Shown in pieces: positions 1 through 8,293 of a stretch of 64,000 nucleotides of DNA; positions within the stretch are counted from its first letter, which is position 1; each line of letters begins with the position of its first letter. Origin of the DNA: Promethearchaeota archaeon (GTDB lineage Archaea > Asgardarchaeota > Lokiarchaeia > Sigyniarchaeales > SOKP01); NCBI GenBank assembly GCA_048940445.1, contig JBHLON010000013.1, positions 1-64,000 on the forward strand, written 5' to 3'. The notes under the pieces are model-generated. The model searched no databases. It had not been told where the DNA came from and worked only from the letters and a program-made list of their open reading frames with translations. Both the position numbers and the translations under genes were made by a program.

Positions 1-81
1 CAAGTAAGATTAGGTAATTCCAAAAAAATATTAATTGTGGGTAGAGAGCATTTACGGTTAAATAATGTATCAACAAAATAA
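1..81 (+). CDS. rpl21e: 50S ribosomal protein L21e, 3' end only
   Basis: Frame 1 reads QVRLGNSKKILIVGREHLRLNNVSTK*, matching the L21e C-terminus. It sits in the conserved rpl21e-rpo4-DUF655-ksgA order. Confidence 0.85.
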   Translation, partial: QVRLGNSKKILIVGREHLRLNNVSTK

Positions 82-104
82 GTATAATAGTTTAGGTGTA
101 AGTA

Positions 105-470
105 ATGTCTGGCCGTAGAGTTGATGAGAAAACATTATCTATTCCAGAAGTAAAAAAGATTATGGAAGAAGTTAAAGAAAAAATTGAGGATATTGATCCT
201 GAAGAGGGGCTATCCCATTTTCAAGAAATAACGTACAATTATGTAAATAGATTTGCTAAGATGAGTGATAAAGATGCTAAAAAAATTCAAAAATTTTTAA
301 TCGAAAAATATGAGATAGAAGATATCTACGCAGTAAATATTGTAAATGTAGATCCAAAAACAGTTCCTGAATTAAGAAGTATATTAGAAAAAAGTTTTAT
401 AGGGAAGACCTTTAGCGATAAACAATTAGAAGATTTAATTTATCAAATCGAGGAGTTAAAAACATCTTAA
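105..470 (+). CDS. rpo4: RNA polymerase subunit Rpo4 (F)
   Basis: 121 aa with SIPEVK..., YxxRFAK and IVNVxPKTVPELRSIL (Rpb4/HRDC fold). SD AGGTG lies 6 nt before the ATG. Synteny agrees. Confidence 0.92.
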   Translation: MSGRRVDEKTLSIPEVKKIMEEVKEKIEDIDPEEGLSHFQEITYNYVNRFAKMSDKDAKKIQKFLIEKYEIEDIYAVNIVNVDPKTVPELRSILEKSFIGKTFSDKQLEDLIYQIEELKTS

Positions 471-637
471 TCTAAATATCTTAATAAAAAATTTATGATC
501 TCAACTTAAAATAACGAAGAATTTATAAATTCTTATTGTTTTAAATGTTAATGAGTACTACTTCTCAAAAATGAGAAATTCAAAATAAAAACTCAATATG
601 AATATTGGAAAAGTTACAAATATAAAGGTTGGTGAAC

Positions 638-1288
638 ATGGAAAAGCGTTTAGATCGATACAGAAGGAATTCACGCAGACCATCACATCCAAGAAAAGGT
701 TCAAGAGAAAAGAAGCAGTTTATAAAAAAGTTTCGAGAAGTAGTAATTCTAGATCTATTGTTACATGGTCATCCAGAAGAAGATAAACCAAGTTGGTCAA
801 AAATACCAGTTGCACAAGTTCTTACTTTTCCAGATTATGTTCTTTATGAAGTAAAAATTAATCGGGATTCTGATATAAAAGTTCAAGAGAAAAATGCTTA
901 TGAAGAGTTCATAAAGCAAAATAAACTAAGAGATGTACTAAAAAAAATAGATTATGATGATCTTACAAACACATCAAAAGCCTTAATTCAACCTATTCTT
1001 GAAAAAGAAGTATTAAATTATGAAGATGAATTTATTACTTTTTTTAATGATTCTACATCGATTACACCCAGAATGCATGCTTTAAAGTTATTACCAGGAA
1101 TTGGACAAAAGCATATGTGGGAAATTCTTGATGAAAGAGGACGCCAAAAATTTGTTAATTTTCAAGATATTGCAGATCGTACAAGTATTTCACATCCTGC
1201 AAAATTAATTGCCCAAAGAATAATTAAAGAACTTCAACGTGAAGGGGTAAAATATTACTTATTTTCGAAGACTCAGAAGTATGAATGA
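638..1288 (+). CDS. DUF655 family putative RNA-binding protein
   Basis: FFNxSxSITPRMHALKLLPGIGQKHMWEILDER HhH motif; conserved position after rpo4. Start is ATG 638 (track calls TTG 629). Confidence 0.9.
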   Translation: MEKRLDRYRRNSRRPSHPRKGSREKKQFIKKFREVVILDLLLHGHPEEDKPSWSKIPVAQVLTFPDYVLYEVKINRDSDIKVQEKNAYEEFIKQNKLRDVLKKIDYDDLTNTSKALIQPILEKEVLNYEDEFITFFNDSTSITPRMHALKLLPGIGQKHMWEILDERGRQKFVNFQDIADRTSISHPAKLIAQRIIKELQREGVKYYLFSKTQKYE

Positions 1289-2145
1289 AAAGTATGAATA
1301 GGCACCAAGTTCAAGAAACATTAGTAAAATTAAATTTAAAACCAAAGAAATCACTGGGTCAACATTTTTTAGTTGATGCCCAAGTGTTAAATAAGATAAT
1401 TTCCGAGGCTAATCTTAATAAAGAGGATATTATAGTTGAAGTTGGAACGGGTTTAGGAGTTTTAACAACTGAGTTAAGTTCAAAAGTTAAACAAGTATAT
1501 TCCTATGAGATTGACTTTAGATTGTTTCAATATACATCTCAAAAATTATCATCCCTTAGCAATGTAGAATTCTTTAATGAAGATATTTTAAAAACAAAAA
1601 TTCCCTATCATAATAAAGTTGTCTCAAATATCCCTTATACTATAACAGGTCCTCTATTTGAAAAAGTCTTTTATAATGAGCATCCCCCTGAAGGAATCTT
1701 AATCATAGAGAATACCCTAGCTGATAGAATTTTTGATTCAGAAACCTATAAAAAATCCTCAAGAATTTCTGTTTCATTTAACGCTTTTATGAATCCAATA
1801 AAGAAAACACCCATTTCTCCTAACAGTTTTTATCCTACACCTAAAATCAAACTTGCTCTCATTAAAGTAAAAGGAAAAGAAAAATTAAATCCTTTTTTAT
1901 TAGAAAATGAAACTAGAAGGTTCTTCTTAGCTCTTGTTGCTGGAATCATGCCCTACAAAAATAAGAATATCATTAATGCATTGGAAATATTTTTAAATAA
2001 CAAATTAGCAGTATCTATTCCAAAAAAAAGTTTATTGCCTTTTTTAAAACAACATAATATCCAAAATACTAAGGTTTTTGAATTTAATATAGACGAATTA
2101 ATTAAATTGTGTGCCCAATTGTTCAATTGGTTGGAAAATTGGTGA
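1285..2145 (+). CDS. rsmA: 16S rRNA adenine dimethyltransferase KsgA/Dim1
   Basis: KKSLGQHFL, EVGTGLGVLT, VSNIPY and FYPTPK motifs. Confidence 0.95.
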   Translation: MKSMNRHQVQETLVKLNLKPKKSLGQHFLVDAQVLNKIISEANLNKEDIIVEVGTGLGVLTTELSSKVKQVYSYEIDFRLFQYTSQKLSSLSNVEFFNEDILKTKIPYHNKVVSNIPYTITGPLFEKVFYNEHPPEGILIIENTLADRIFDSETYKKSSRISVSFNAFMNPIKKTPISPNSFYPTPKIKLALIKVKGKEKLNPFLLENETRRFFLALVAGIMPYKNKNIINALEIFLNNKLAVSIPKKSLLPFLKQHNIQNTKVFEFNIDELIKLCAQLFNWLENW

Positions 2146-2151
2146 AAAAAG

Positions 2152-2835
2152 ATTAAAATAGTACCTGATCCTTTAATTTTTACTCGTTCAAAAAATGTTT
2201 ATAGGCCCTCCGATGATTCATATATGATTATTGATTACTTTAGAGAAAATTTAACCTCGTCTCACTTTGATGGGCTTCAATTTAAAAGTATAAGAAACGT
2301 TTTAGATATGGGAACTGGTACAGGAATTATTGCTATTTTTCTTCTCTTAATTAAAAAACATTATCCCAATTTTAAACCTCAAATATATGCTTCTGATATT
2401 TTGAAGGAAGCTATAGATTGTGCCAAACTAAACGAAAAGTTAAATAATTTTGAAAATGAAATAGTTTATCTTCAATCGGATCTGTTTAAGTCCTTTCCTC
2501 AGAGTTTAAAACAAAAATTTAATATTATTATCTTTAATCCTCCATATTTACCTTCAATTGAAGATAGTAGAATGCCTTTTGACCCCAGTTGGAATGGAGG
2601 GGAAAAAGGAACCGAGACTTTAGAAAAATTTTTTGATCAATTTATTGAATTTATTGAATTCAATGGAAGTAAAAATTATATATATTTTGTAAACTCGAGT
2701 TTAGCCGGCAACAAGGAATTAGAAGATTTATATCATAAAAAAGGTTTTATCCATAAAATATTAAGAAAAAAACATTTATTTTTTGAAGATATAATACTAA
2801 ATAGACTTGAAATAAAAAATTCTATTTCTTTTTAG
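2152..2835 (+). CDS. HemK2/MTQ2 family protein glutamine methyltransferase; probable ATT start
   Basis: LDMGTGTG and FNPPY motifs. The family N-terminal motif VYRPSDDS lies upstream of the track start (2224). In-frame ATT 2152 follows SD GGTGA by 6 nt. Confidence 0.85.
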   Translation: MKIVPDPLIFTRSKNVYRPSDDSYMIIDYFRENLTSSHFDGLQFKSIRNVLDMGTGTGIIAIFLLLIKKHYPNFKPQIYASDILKEAIDCAKLNEKLNNFENEIVYLQSDLFKSFPQSLKQKFNIIIFNPPYLPSIEDSRMPFDPSWNGGEKGTETLEKFFDQFIEFIEFNGSKNYIYFVNSSLAGNKELEDLYHKKGFIHKILRKKHLFFEDIILNRLEIKNSISF

Positions 2836-2840
2836 CAATT

Positions 2841-4109
2841 TTATGAATTTTTAAAAGGGCGTCTCATTCTTCTTTTTTCCTGCAAAAGAATACCATTTTT
2901 GTTTAGTGTCCTAATTAAATTGTTGAATAAGAGGTCTAACTCTTGAGGTTTGAATACGGCTCTTCTGTGAGCTTCAATTTGGGGAATTGGAAGCCCATAA
3001 AATTCATTTAGACTTGAGATTGGCAATAAAATAGAAGAAATCATATCTGCCCTCTCTGCAGCTTCAGAATTAGAACATTTATAATCCATAAAAAATTCAA
3101 ATCTGCATGGATTATCATGTAATGCTGTTTTCAAGTAGAATGCATAAAAATTGAATGGAAAATAGTATGGAATTTCTTTTTTAATACCAGTGTCTCTTAT
3201 CTTATCAACATCTTTTTTGCAATTGAAAATGCAACTTCTTTCTGATTTATTTAGTATTCGGCCAAAAAAGTCTAAATCTGAGAAGTAATCCATCAGCAGA
3301 CGATAATTAATTTTAAGAAAATCAACTAACCTTGAAGTATTAGGTTTTAACATTTGAATAGAACTTCGGAGTGTATTCGTTAAGGCTGATGTTCTCGTAT
3401 CTTTGATAGATCCGATTAAAATAATTCCCTTTTCTCTACAATTATAATACAGTCTCTCATATTCTTTTAATAAAACATCATATTTTCTTGAAAGTTCAAT
3501 GTCTTTTGAAAAGAGATAATTTATAGGCATTATTACAATAGAACCATCTAATATAATAAGATCAATATCAGAATTTTTTGAAATAAGATGATTTAGAAGA
3601 TTCAATTCCATATATGTCATATCCATTGAGACATTGGTTTCTGCTTCACTTTCTCCACGGTTTATATAAGTTCCCTGTACATTATAATTGTTATATCCAC
3701 TTATATCGGGGAAGTAATCTATTTTAGAAGAATCATTCTGAAAGAAATGATATCTAACCGCAATTGCCTTTAAAAAAGAAAGGTCTACATTCATAAACTT
3801 TTTTAGGACTGAACTTCCATCAACACTTACGACATTCAGGCCCCTAATATTAGCCGGTAATACTTTCTTTTTAATCAAATTTTCTCTGATATCATAATTA
3901 GGATACTTAATCAATTCAGAAAAATCTAAATTCTTAAGATTTTTTAAAATGATTTCGATAAATTTTCTTTTTAATGCTTCGATTTCTAAATATTCATTGG
4001 CAATTTGCTTTAGATCATTTAATAAGATTTGTTCTCTTGTTAAACCTATTGAATCATAAATTTTTGGGTGATGTTTTTCTGTCTTAAGAAAATTGCTTTT
4101 AATTGTCAT
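2841..4109 (-). CDS. nurA: NurA family nuclease
   Basis: VVSVDGS, ILDGS, IGSIKD and YGLPIPQIEAH motifs. Confidence 0.85.
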   Translation of the reverse strand: MTIKSNFLKTEKHHPKIYDSIGLTREQILLNDLKQIANEYLEIEALKRKFIEIILKNLKNLDFSELIKYPNYDIRENLIKKKVLPANIRGLNVVSVDGSSVLKKFMNVDLSFLKAIAVRYHFFQNDSSKIDYFPDISGYNNYNVQGTYINRGESEAETNVSMDMTYMELNLLNHLISKNSDIDLIILDGSIVIMPINYLFSKDIELSRKYDVLLKEYERLYYNCREKGIILIGSIKDTRTSALTNTLRSSIQMLKPNTSRLVDFLKINYRLLMDYFSDLDFFGRILNKSERSCIFNCKKDVDKIRDTGIKKEIPYYFPFNFYAFYLKTALHDNPCRFEFFMDYKCSNSEAAERADMISSILLPISSLNEFYGLPIPQIEAHRRAVFKPQELDLLFNNLIRTLNKNGILLQEKRRMRRPFKNS

Positions 4110-4232
4110 TAGAATTATAAATTGAGAGTATAAATATTATAATAATGGGTTAATTAATTTTATAGTTTTTAAAGTTAGATCGGTGTAATAATAATTCAGC
4201 TAGGAGAAAATTTTTGGTTTTTAATTTTTCTA

Positions 4233-4841
4233 ATGATTCTCGAATTGATCATTTTATTGCTTCCTTTATACATTTCTGCTATATTAGAAAAAAAGACAAT
4301 TAAGGCAGAATTTAAAGAAATTGGCTTTTTTAGAGGTTTAAAAGGCACTTTCACTGTAGTATTAAGGATAATTTTAGGTGTAGATATTGGAATTTTTTTA
4401 TATTTCTTTGCAAGGTTATTTCTATTTCTCTATAAGGATATTCTAATTATATATTTATTTGGAACTCAATTTGTTGAAGAAGGAGTCTCAAATAGTATAA
4501 GCACAGAACCTATACATCCAAATTTCTTAGAAATTACTCTTATTATAATCTTACAAGTTTTAATTACAAGTCCTTCTGAAGAAGGATTCTTTAGGGGATT
4601 TCTTATTCAAAAATTTAACCGAAAATTAAAATTAAAGTACACAGTGGTAATATCTTCCACTTTTTTCGCCTTTTATCACGTGCCTCCTTTCTTAGTCCCA
4701 TTATCTACAATAATTACATATTTTGGATATTATTTTTTATTGGGGTTTTTACTTACTCTTATATTTATTTATTCTAATAAGTCTCTATTGATGTGCATAA
4801 TTTCACATTCAGTATTTAATATTTTAATCTTAGTTATATGA
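4233..4841 (+). CDS. CPBP/CAAX (Abi) intramembrane glutamic endopeptidase; may start at ATT 4194
   Basis: EEGFFRG, FAFYH and SHSVFN motifs; multiple TM segments. The open hydrophobic frame continues upstream to 4179. Confidence 0.9.
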   Translation: MILELIILLLPLYISAILEKKTIKAEFKEIGFFRGLKGTFTVVLRIILGVDIGIFLYFFARLFLFLYKDILIIYLFGTQFVEEGVSNSISTEPIHPNFLEITLIIILQVLITSPSEEGFFRGFLIQKFNRKLKLKYTVVISSTFFAFYHVPPFLVPLSTIITYFGYYFLLGFLLTLIFIYSNKSLLMCIISHSVFNILILVI

Positions 4842-5004
4842 ATGCTATCATATCGAAAAATTCCCTATTAAAAAGAATTATTAAATAATAATAGATATAA
4901 TTCTTATTAAAAGAAAATAATAAAATCTTATAGTTTATTAATTCTTAAGAGTAATTTAAAAATATCTAACAATTTTTGCTAAAAAATTTCCATCGTTGAG
5001 ATAT

Positions 5005-5550
5005 ATGACAGATTATGATTTTACTTTCAAATTGATGATGTTAGGGGACGCATCTGTCGGAAAAACATCACTTACAATTAGATATATCTCTGGATTTTTT
5101 TTAGAAGACCTTAAATTAACCATTGGTGTAGATTTTTATTCAAAAACTACATATTTTCAAGGAAAGAAAGTAAAATTACAAATTTGGGATTTTGGTGGTG
5201 AAGAACGTTTTAGGTTTTTACTACATCAATATTGTAAGGGTGCAAATGCTGCCTTCTTCCTTTATGATATAACCAATCGTTTATCATTAGATCATTTACC
5301 TGATTGGACACAGATTATACGAGAACATTCAGGTGATATACCAATTATGTTAATTGGGTCTAAATTAGATTTAGAAGAATATAGATCTGTACCAAGAGAA
5401 GAAGGAATTCTAGCCGCTAAAAAGTATAACCTCTCTTCATTTGCAGAATTATCCTCAAAAACTGGTCAAAATGTAGAAGAAGCATTTAATGTAATAACAG
5501 AAACCTTATTCGAACGTTATGGAACGCAAGAAAAACATGAAGATTTTTAA
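5005..5550 (+). CDS. Rab-like small GTPase
   Basis: GDASVGKT, TIGVDF, LQIWDFGGEERFR, SKLD and SSK (G1-G5). No C-terminal Cys. Confidence 0.92.
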   Translation: MTDYDFTFKLMMLGDASVGKTSLTIRYISGFFLEDLKLTIGVDFYSKTTYFQGKKVKLQIWDFGGEERFRFLLHQYCKGANAAFFLYDITNRLSLDHLPDWTQIIREHSGDIPIMLIGSKLDLEEYRSVPREEGILAAKKYNLSSFAELSSKTGQNVEEAFNVITETLFERYGTQEKHEDF

Positions 5551-5645
5551 TTTCAATTCAATAAACTATTAATTATCATGTGTATATACGCTCTTATACT
5601 CTTTGTTAATTCTTATCACCATTAATAGTAAAATTAAACTATAAT

Positions 5646-6521
5646 ATGGATTTTAAAGAATTAGGAAAAACAGGATTAAAAGTCAGTGAAATAGGGATTG
5701 GTACTGAACATTTATTCAGACAAACTCAAAAAACAGTAGACTCCGTTATTATTAAAGCTATAGAAAATAAAATTAACTACTTTGACATTCTTTTCTCTGT
5801 TAAACATTATCTTGAGAAATTAGTTTTCTCTTTGAAAGAATACAGAGAAGAATTAATAATAACGGGTCATCTAGGAACTATTGAGATAGAAGGTAAGCCT
5901 AAAAAGAATAGGAGTTTTCAAAAATGTAGAAAAGCATTTTTGAAAATGCTTTCCATATTAAACACAGATCACGTGGATATTCTTAATATTCAAGCAGTAG
6001 GAAAGATTGAACTTGAGAAAATCATGAAACCCAAAGGATTATTTGATTTGGCATCATCATTCCAAAACGAAGGAAAGGCGAATTTTCTGGGATTAAGCAC
6101 TCATGATATTTCAGTGGCTAAACAAGCAATAAAAAGTGGAAGGTTTGATATGATAATGTTCCCTCTTAATATAGCTAATCATCAATTACCAGGAAGAGAT
6201 GAACTCTTAAGTGAATGCTCAAAAAGTAAAATAGGTTTAATTGCAATAAAGCCATTCGCTGCTGGTAAAATATTAATGGTAAATAGAACTGTAAATATAG
6301 CGAAATATCAAACAGGAGGCTTAAGTTTAAAAATGAAGATTCCTAAAGATATTACTCCTTGTAAATGTATAAGTTACCTTAAATCACTTCCAGGAATATC
6401 AACAATTATTATGGGAGTAAAGAATTCAAAAGAATTAATAGAAAATCTTGAGTATTCTGAAAAACAGGAATATGAATTGGACTATAGTCCATATTTAGAC
6501 ATTTTTAATCATAGAATATAG
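5646..6521 (+). CDS. Aldo/keto reductase family protein
   Basis: LGKTGLKVSEIGIGT, INYFD, GLSTH and IAIKPFAAG motifs. Confidence 0.88.
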   Translation: MDFKELGKTGLKVSEIGIGTEHLFRQTQKTVDSVIIKAIENKINYFDILFSVKHYLEKLVFSLKEYREELIITGHLGTIEIEGKPKKNRSFQKCRKAFLKMLSILNTDHVDILNIQAVGKIELEKIMKPKGLFDLASSFQNEGKANFLGLSTHDISVAKQAIKSGRFDMIMFPLNIANHQLPGRDELLSECSKSKIGLIAIKPFAAGKILMVNRTVNIAKYQTGGLSLKMKIPKDITPCKCISYLKSLPGISTIIMGVKNSKELIENLEYSEKQEYELDYSPYLDIFNHRI

Positions 6522-6616
6522 ATCTCAAATTAAAAAAAATGTTACTTAGACAAAAATTATAATCTCCGAGAAGCTTCTTTGAATCGATTCCTATGAAAAA
6601 TTTATTTAGTCTAAAT

Positions 6617-8062
6617 TTAATTCTCTGTCTTATATCCTAATTTTCTTTTTAATCTTTCCAACTTTTCTTCATGTAATATCAATACCTGTTTTTTAATTTC
6701 TCTATACTCTCTTGTTAGTGGGTCTAAAGGATAATACCAAAGAGATATAAGTCCAAAAGCAATAAAAATTGCTGGAATAATTCCTAATAACATTTTTATA
6801 CCAAAAATTGCACTTTCTGGTTGATTTTCTCCTATACTTAAATCTGCCTGAAAGTTTGTTAGAAAAAATACTAAACCTGAAATTCCTGCTGCTACTGATT
6901 GAGCAGGTTTTGTAATCAATGCATCCGTTCCAAAATAAGCTCCTTCTCTGCGTACTCCAGTCTCTAATTCATCTTTATCAATTATATCACCAATTAAGGT
7001 GAAAACGAGTAAGGCTTGGCCTGAGAGCCCTAATCCAACTATTATGAATGAGATATTAACAAGATATATATTATTTGCGAAAGTCAGGAGAATAAATCCT
7101 GATAAGCCTAAAAGTGAAAGATATAATAGGGCTCTTTTGTTTCCTTTCTTTTTAGTAAGCATTAAACCTATTGGAAGTCCTAAAACGGTAAAGATCAAAA
7201 AGAGGAGTAATGGAATAGATGAAAGTATATTTGTTGATGACAGCCTTAATACATATTTTATATAAAATGGTAAATTAGAATTAACTGAAAATAAGACATA
7301 TGTCATTGTAAAGTTAAAAATTACATAAGTTATGAAACTTTTATTTGCCAAAACATATTTTGTAGAGGGCCATAAGTTTAAGGCTTCTTCTTTTTCAGGT
7401 AATAGCTCGGGACGTTCCTTAATGCCAAATGCTGTAAAAGTTAAAAACCCTGCACCACAAATCGCTAAAATTAAAACAATAATTTGGAATGTAAAAATCT
7501 CTTGAAAATGTGGTAATGGATTAAAAAAGATAAATAAAGTAGGAATCACATAAGTTAAAGCAATAGCAATTCCTGCCCCTAATCCAGAAAAAATGTTTAT
7601 TTTAGCCCGTTCTTCCGGATTTATAGATAATTCTGCTAATAATGAGCTAAAGCACAAAGAAACAATAGTAAAAAATGTATCATATACTAATAAAGAAATT
7701 AATAACCAACTAAATTTAAACCAAGAAGAGCTATTTATTGGTACAAGATATATAATCATAAAGCTGACTGACAACAAAGGACCACATATTCTTAAATATG
7801 GAATTCTTCTTCCATATTTCGTCCTAGTTTTATCAGAAATATGCCCAAAAATAGGATCATTAAGGGCATTCCAAATAAAATATATAATCCAAGCAAGCGA
7901 CCATAGCCAAGGAGGTAATAAAATCATTTCCGTGTAAAATATAAACGTCCAGGTGAAAAATAATCCCGTCGTTAAATTAATACCAAAAGCTCCAAATCCA
8001 CCAAAAAATTTAATCTTTAGAGAAACTTTGTCATAGGTTAATTTTTTCATTTTCGTTTCCAT
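6617..8062 (-). CDS. MFS transporter, GPH (MelB/MFSD2-like) family
   Basis: WNALNDPIFGHISDKTRTKYGRRIPY and DIIDKDELETGVRREGAYFG motifs; about 12 TM segments. Confidence 0.92.
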   Translation of the reverse strand: METKMKKLTYDKVSLKIKFFGGFGAFGINLTTGLFFTWTFIFYTEMILLPPWLWSLAWIIYFIWNALNDPIFGHISDKTRTKYGRRIPYLRICGPLLSVSFMIIYLVPINSSSWFKFSWLLISLLVYDTFFTIVSLCFSSLLAELSINPEERAKINIFSGLGAGIAIALTYVIPTLFIFFNPLPHFQEIFTFQIIVLILAICGAGFLTFTAFGIKERPELLPEKEEALNLWPSTKYVLANKSFITYVIFNFTMTYVLFSVNSNLPFYIKYVLRLSSTNILSSIPLLLFLIFTVLGLPIGLMLTKKKGNKRALLYLSLLGLSGFILLTFANNIYLVNISFIIVGLGLSGQALLVFTLIGDIIDKDELETGVRREGAYFGTDALITKPAQSVAAGISGLVFFLTNFQADLSIGENQPESAIFGIKMLLGIIPAIFIAFGLISLWYYPLDPLTREYREIKKQVLILHEEKLERLKRKLGYKTEN

Positions 8063-8293
8063 CTTATTTAACTCTAGTCAATACTGCTTAAAAACAAATA
8101 AATTATTTACATAATATAACAAAACAAGATGTTCAAGGAATTGAAGCTGCTTTAACTTATAATTTTTTAATTTCTATTATTTTATAAACTTCATTAATAT
8201 TTTTTGAGAAATAATGTATTCAAAAGGTTTAAATATAAAACCGTTGAAGATAAAATTAATCCGATAGGAAAAACTTTATCTGAATAAAATCAA

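Noticed and set aside
598-786. 62-aa ORF overlapping DUF655
   Set aside because: Alternate-frame shadow of a conserved gene.
2143-2145. Selenocysteine recoding of the ksgA TGA
   Set aside because: The position is an inter-domain junction, not a Cys-equivalent site, and I could not identify a SECIS element.
6999-7937. Plus-strand ORFs inside the MFS gene
   Set aside because: Antisense shadows with no motifs.
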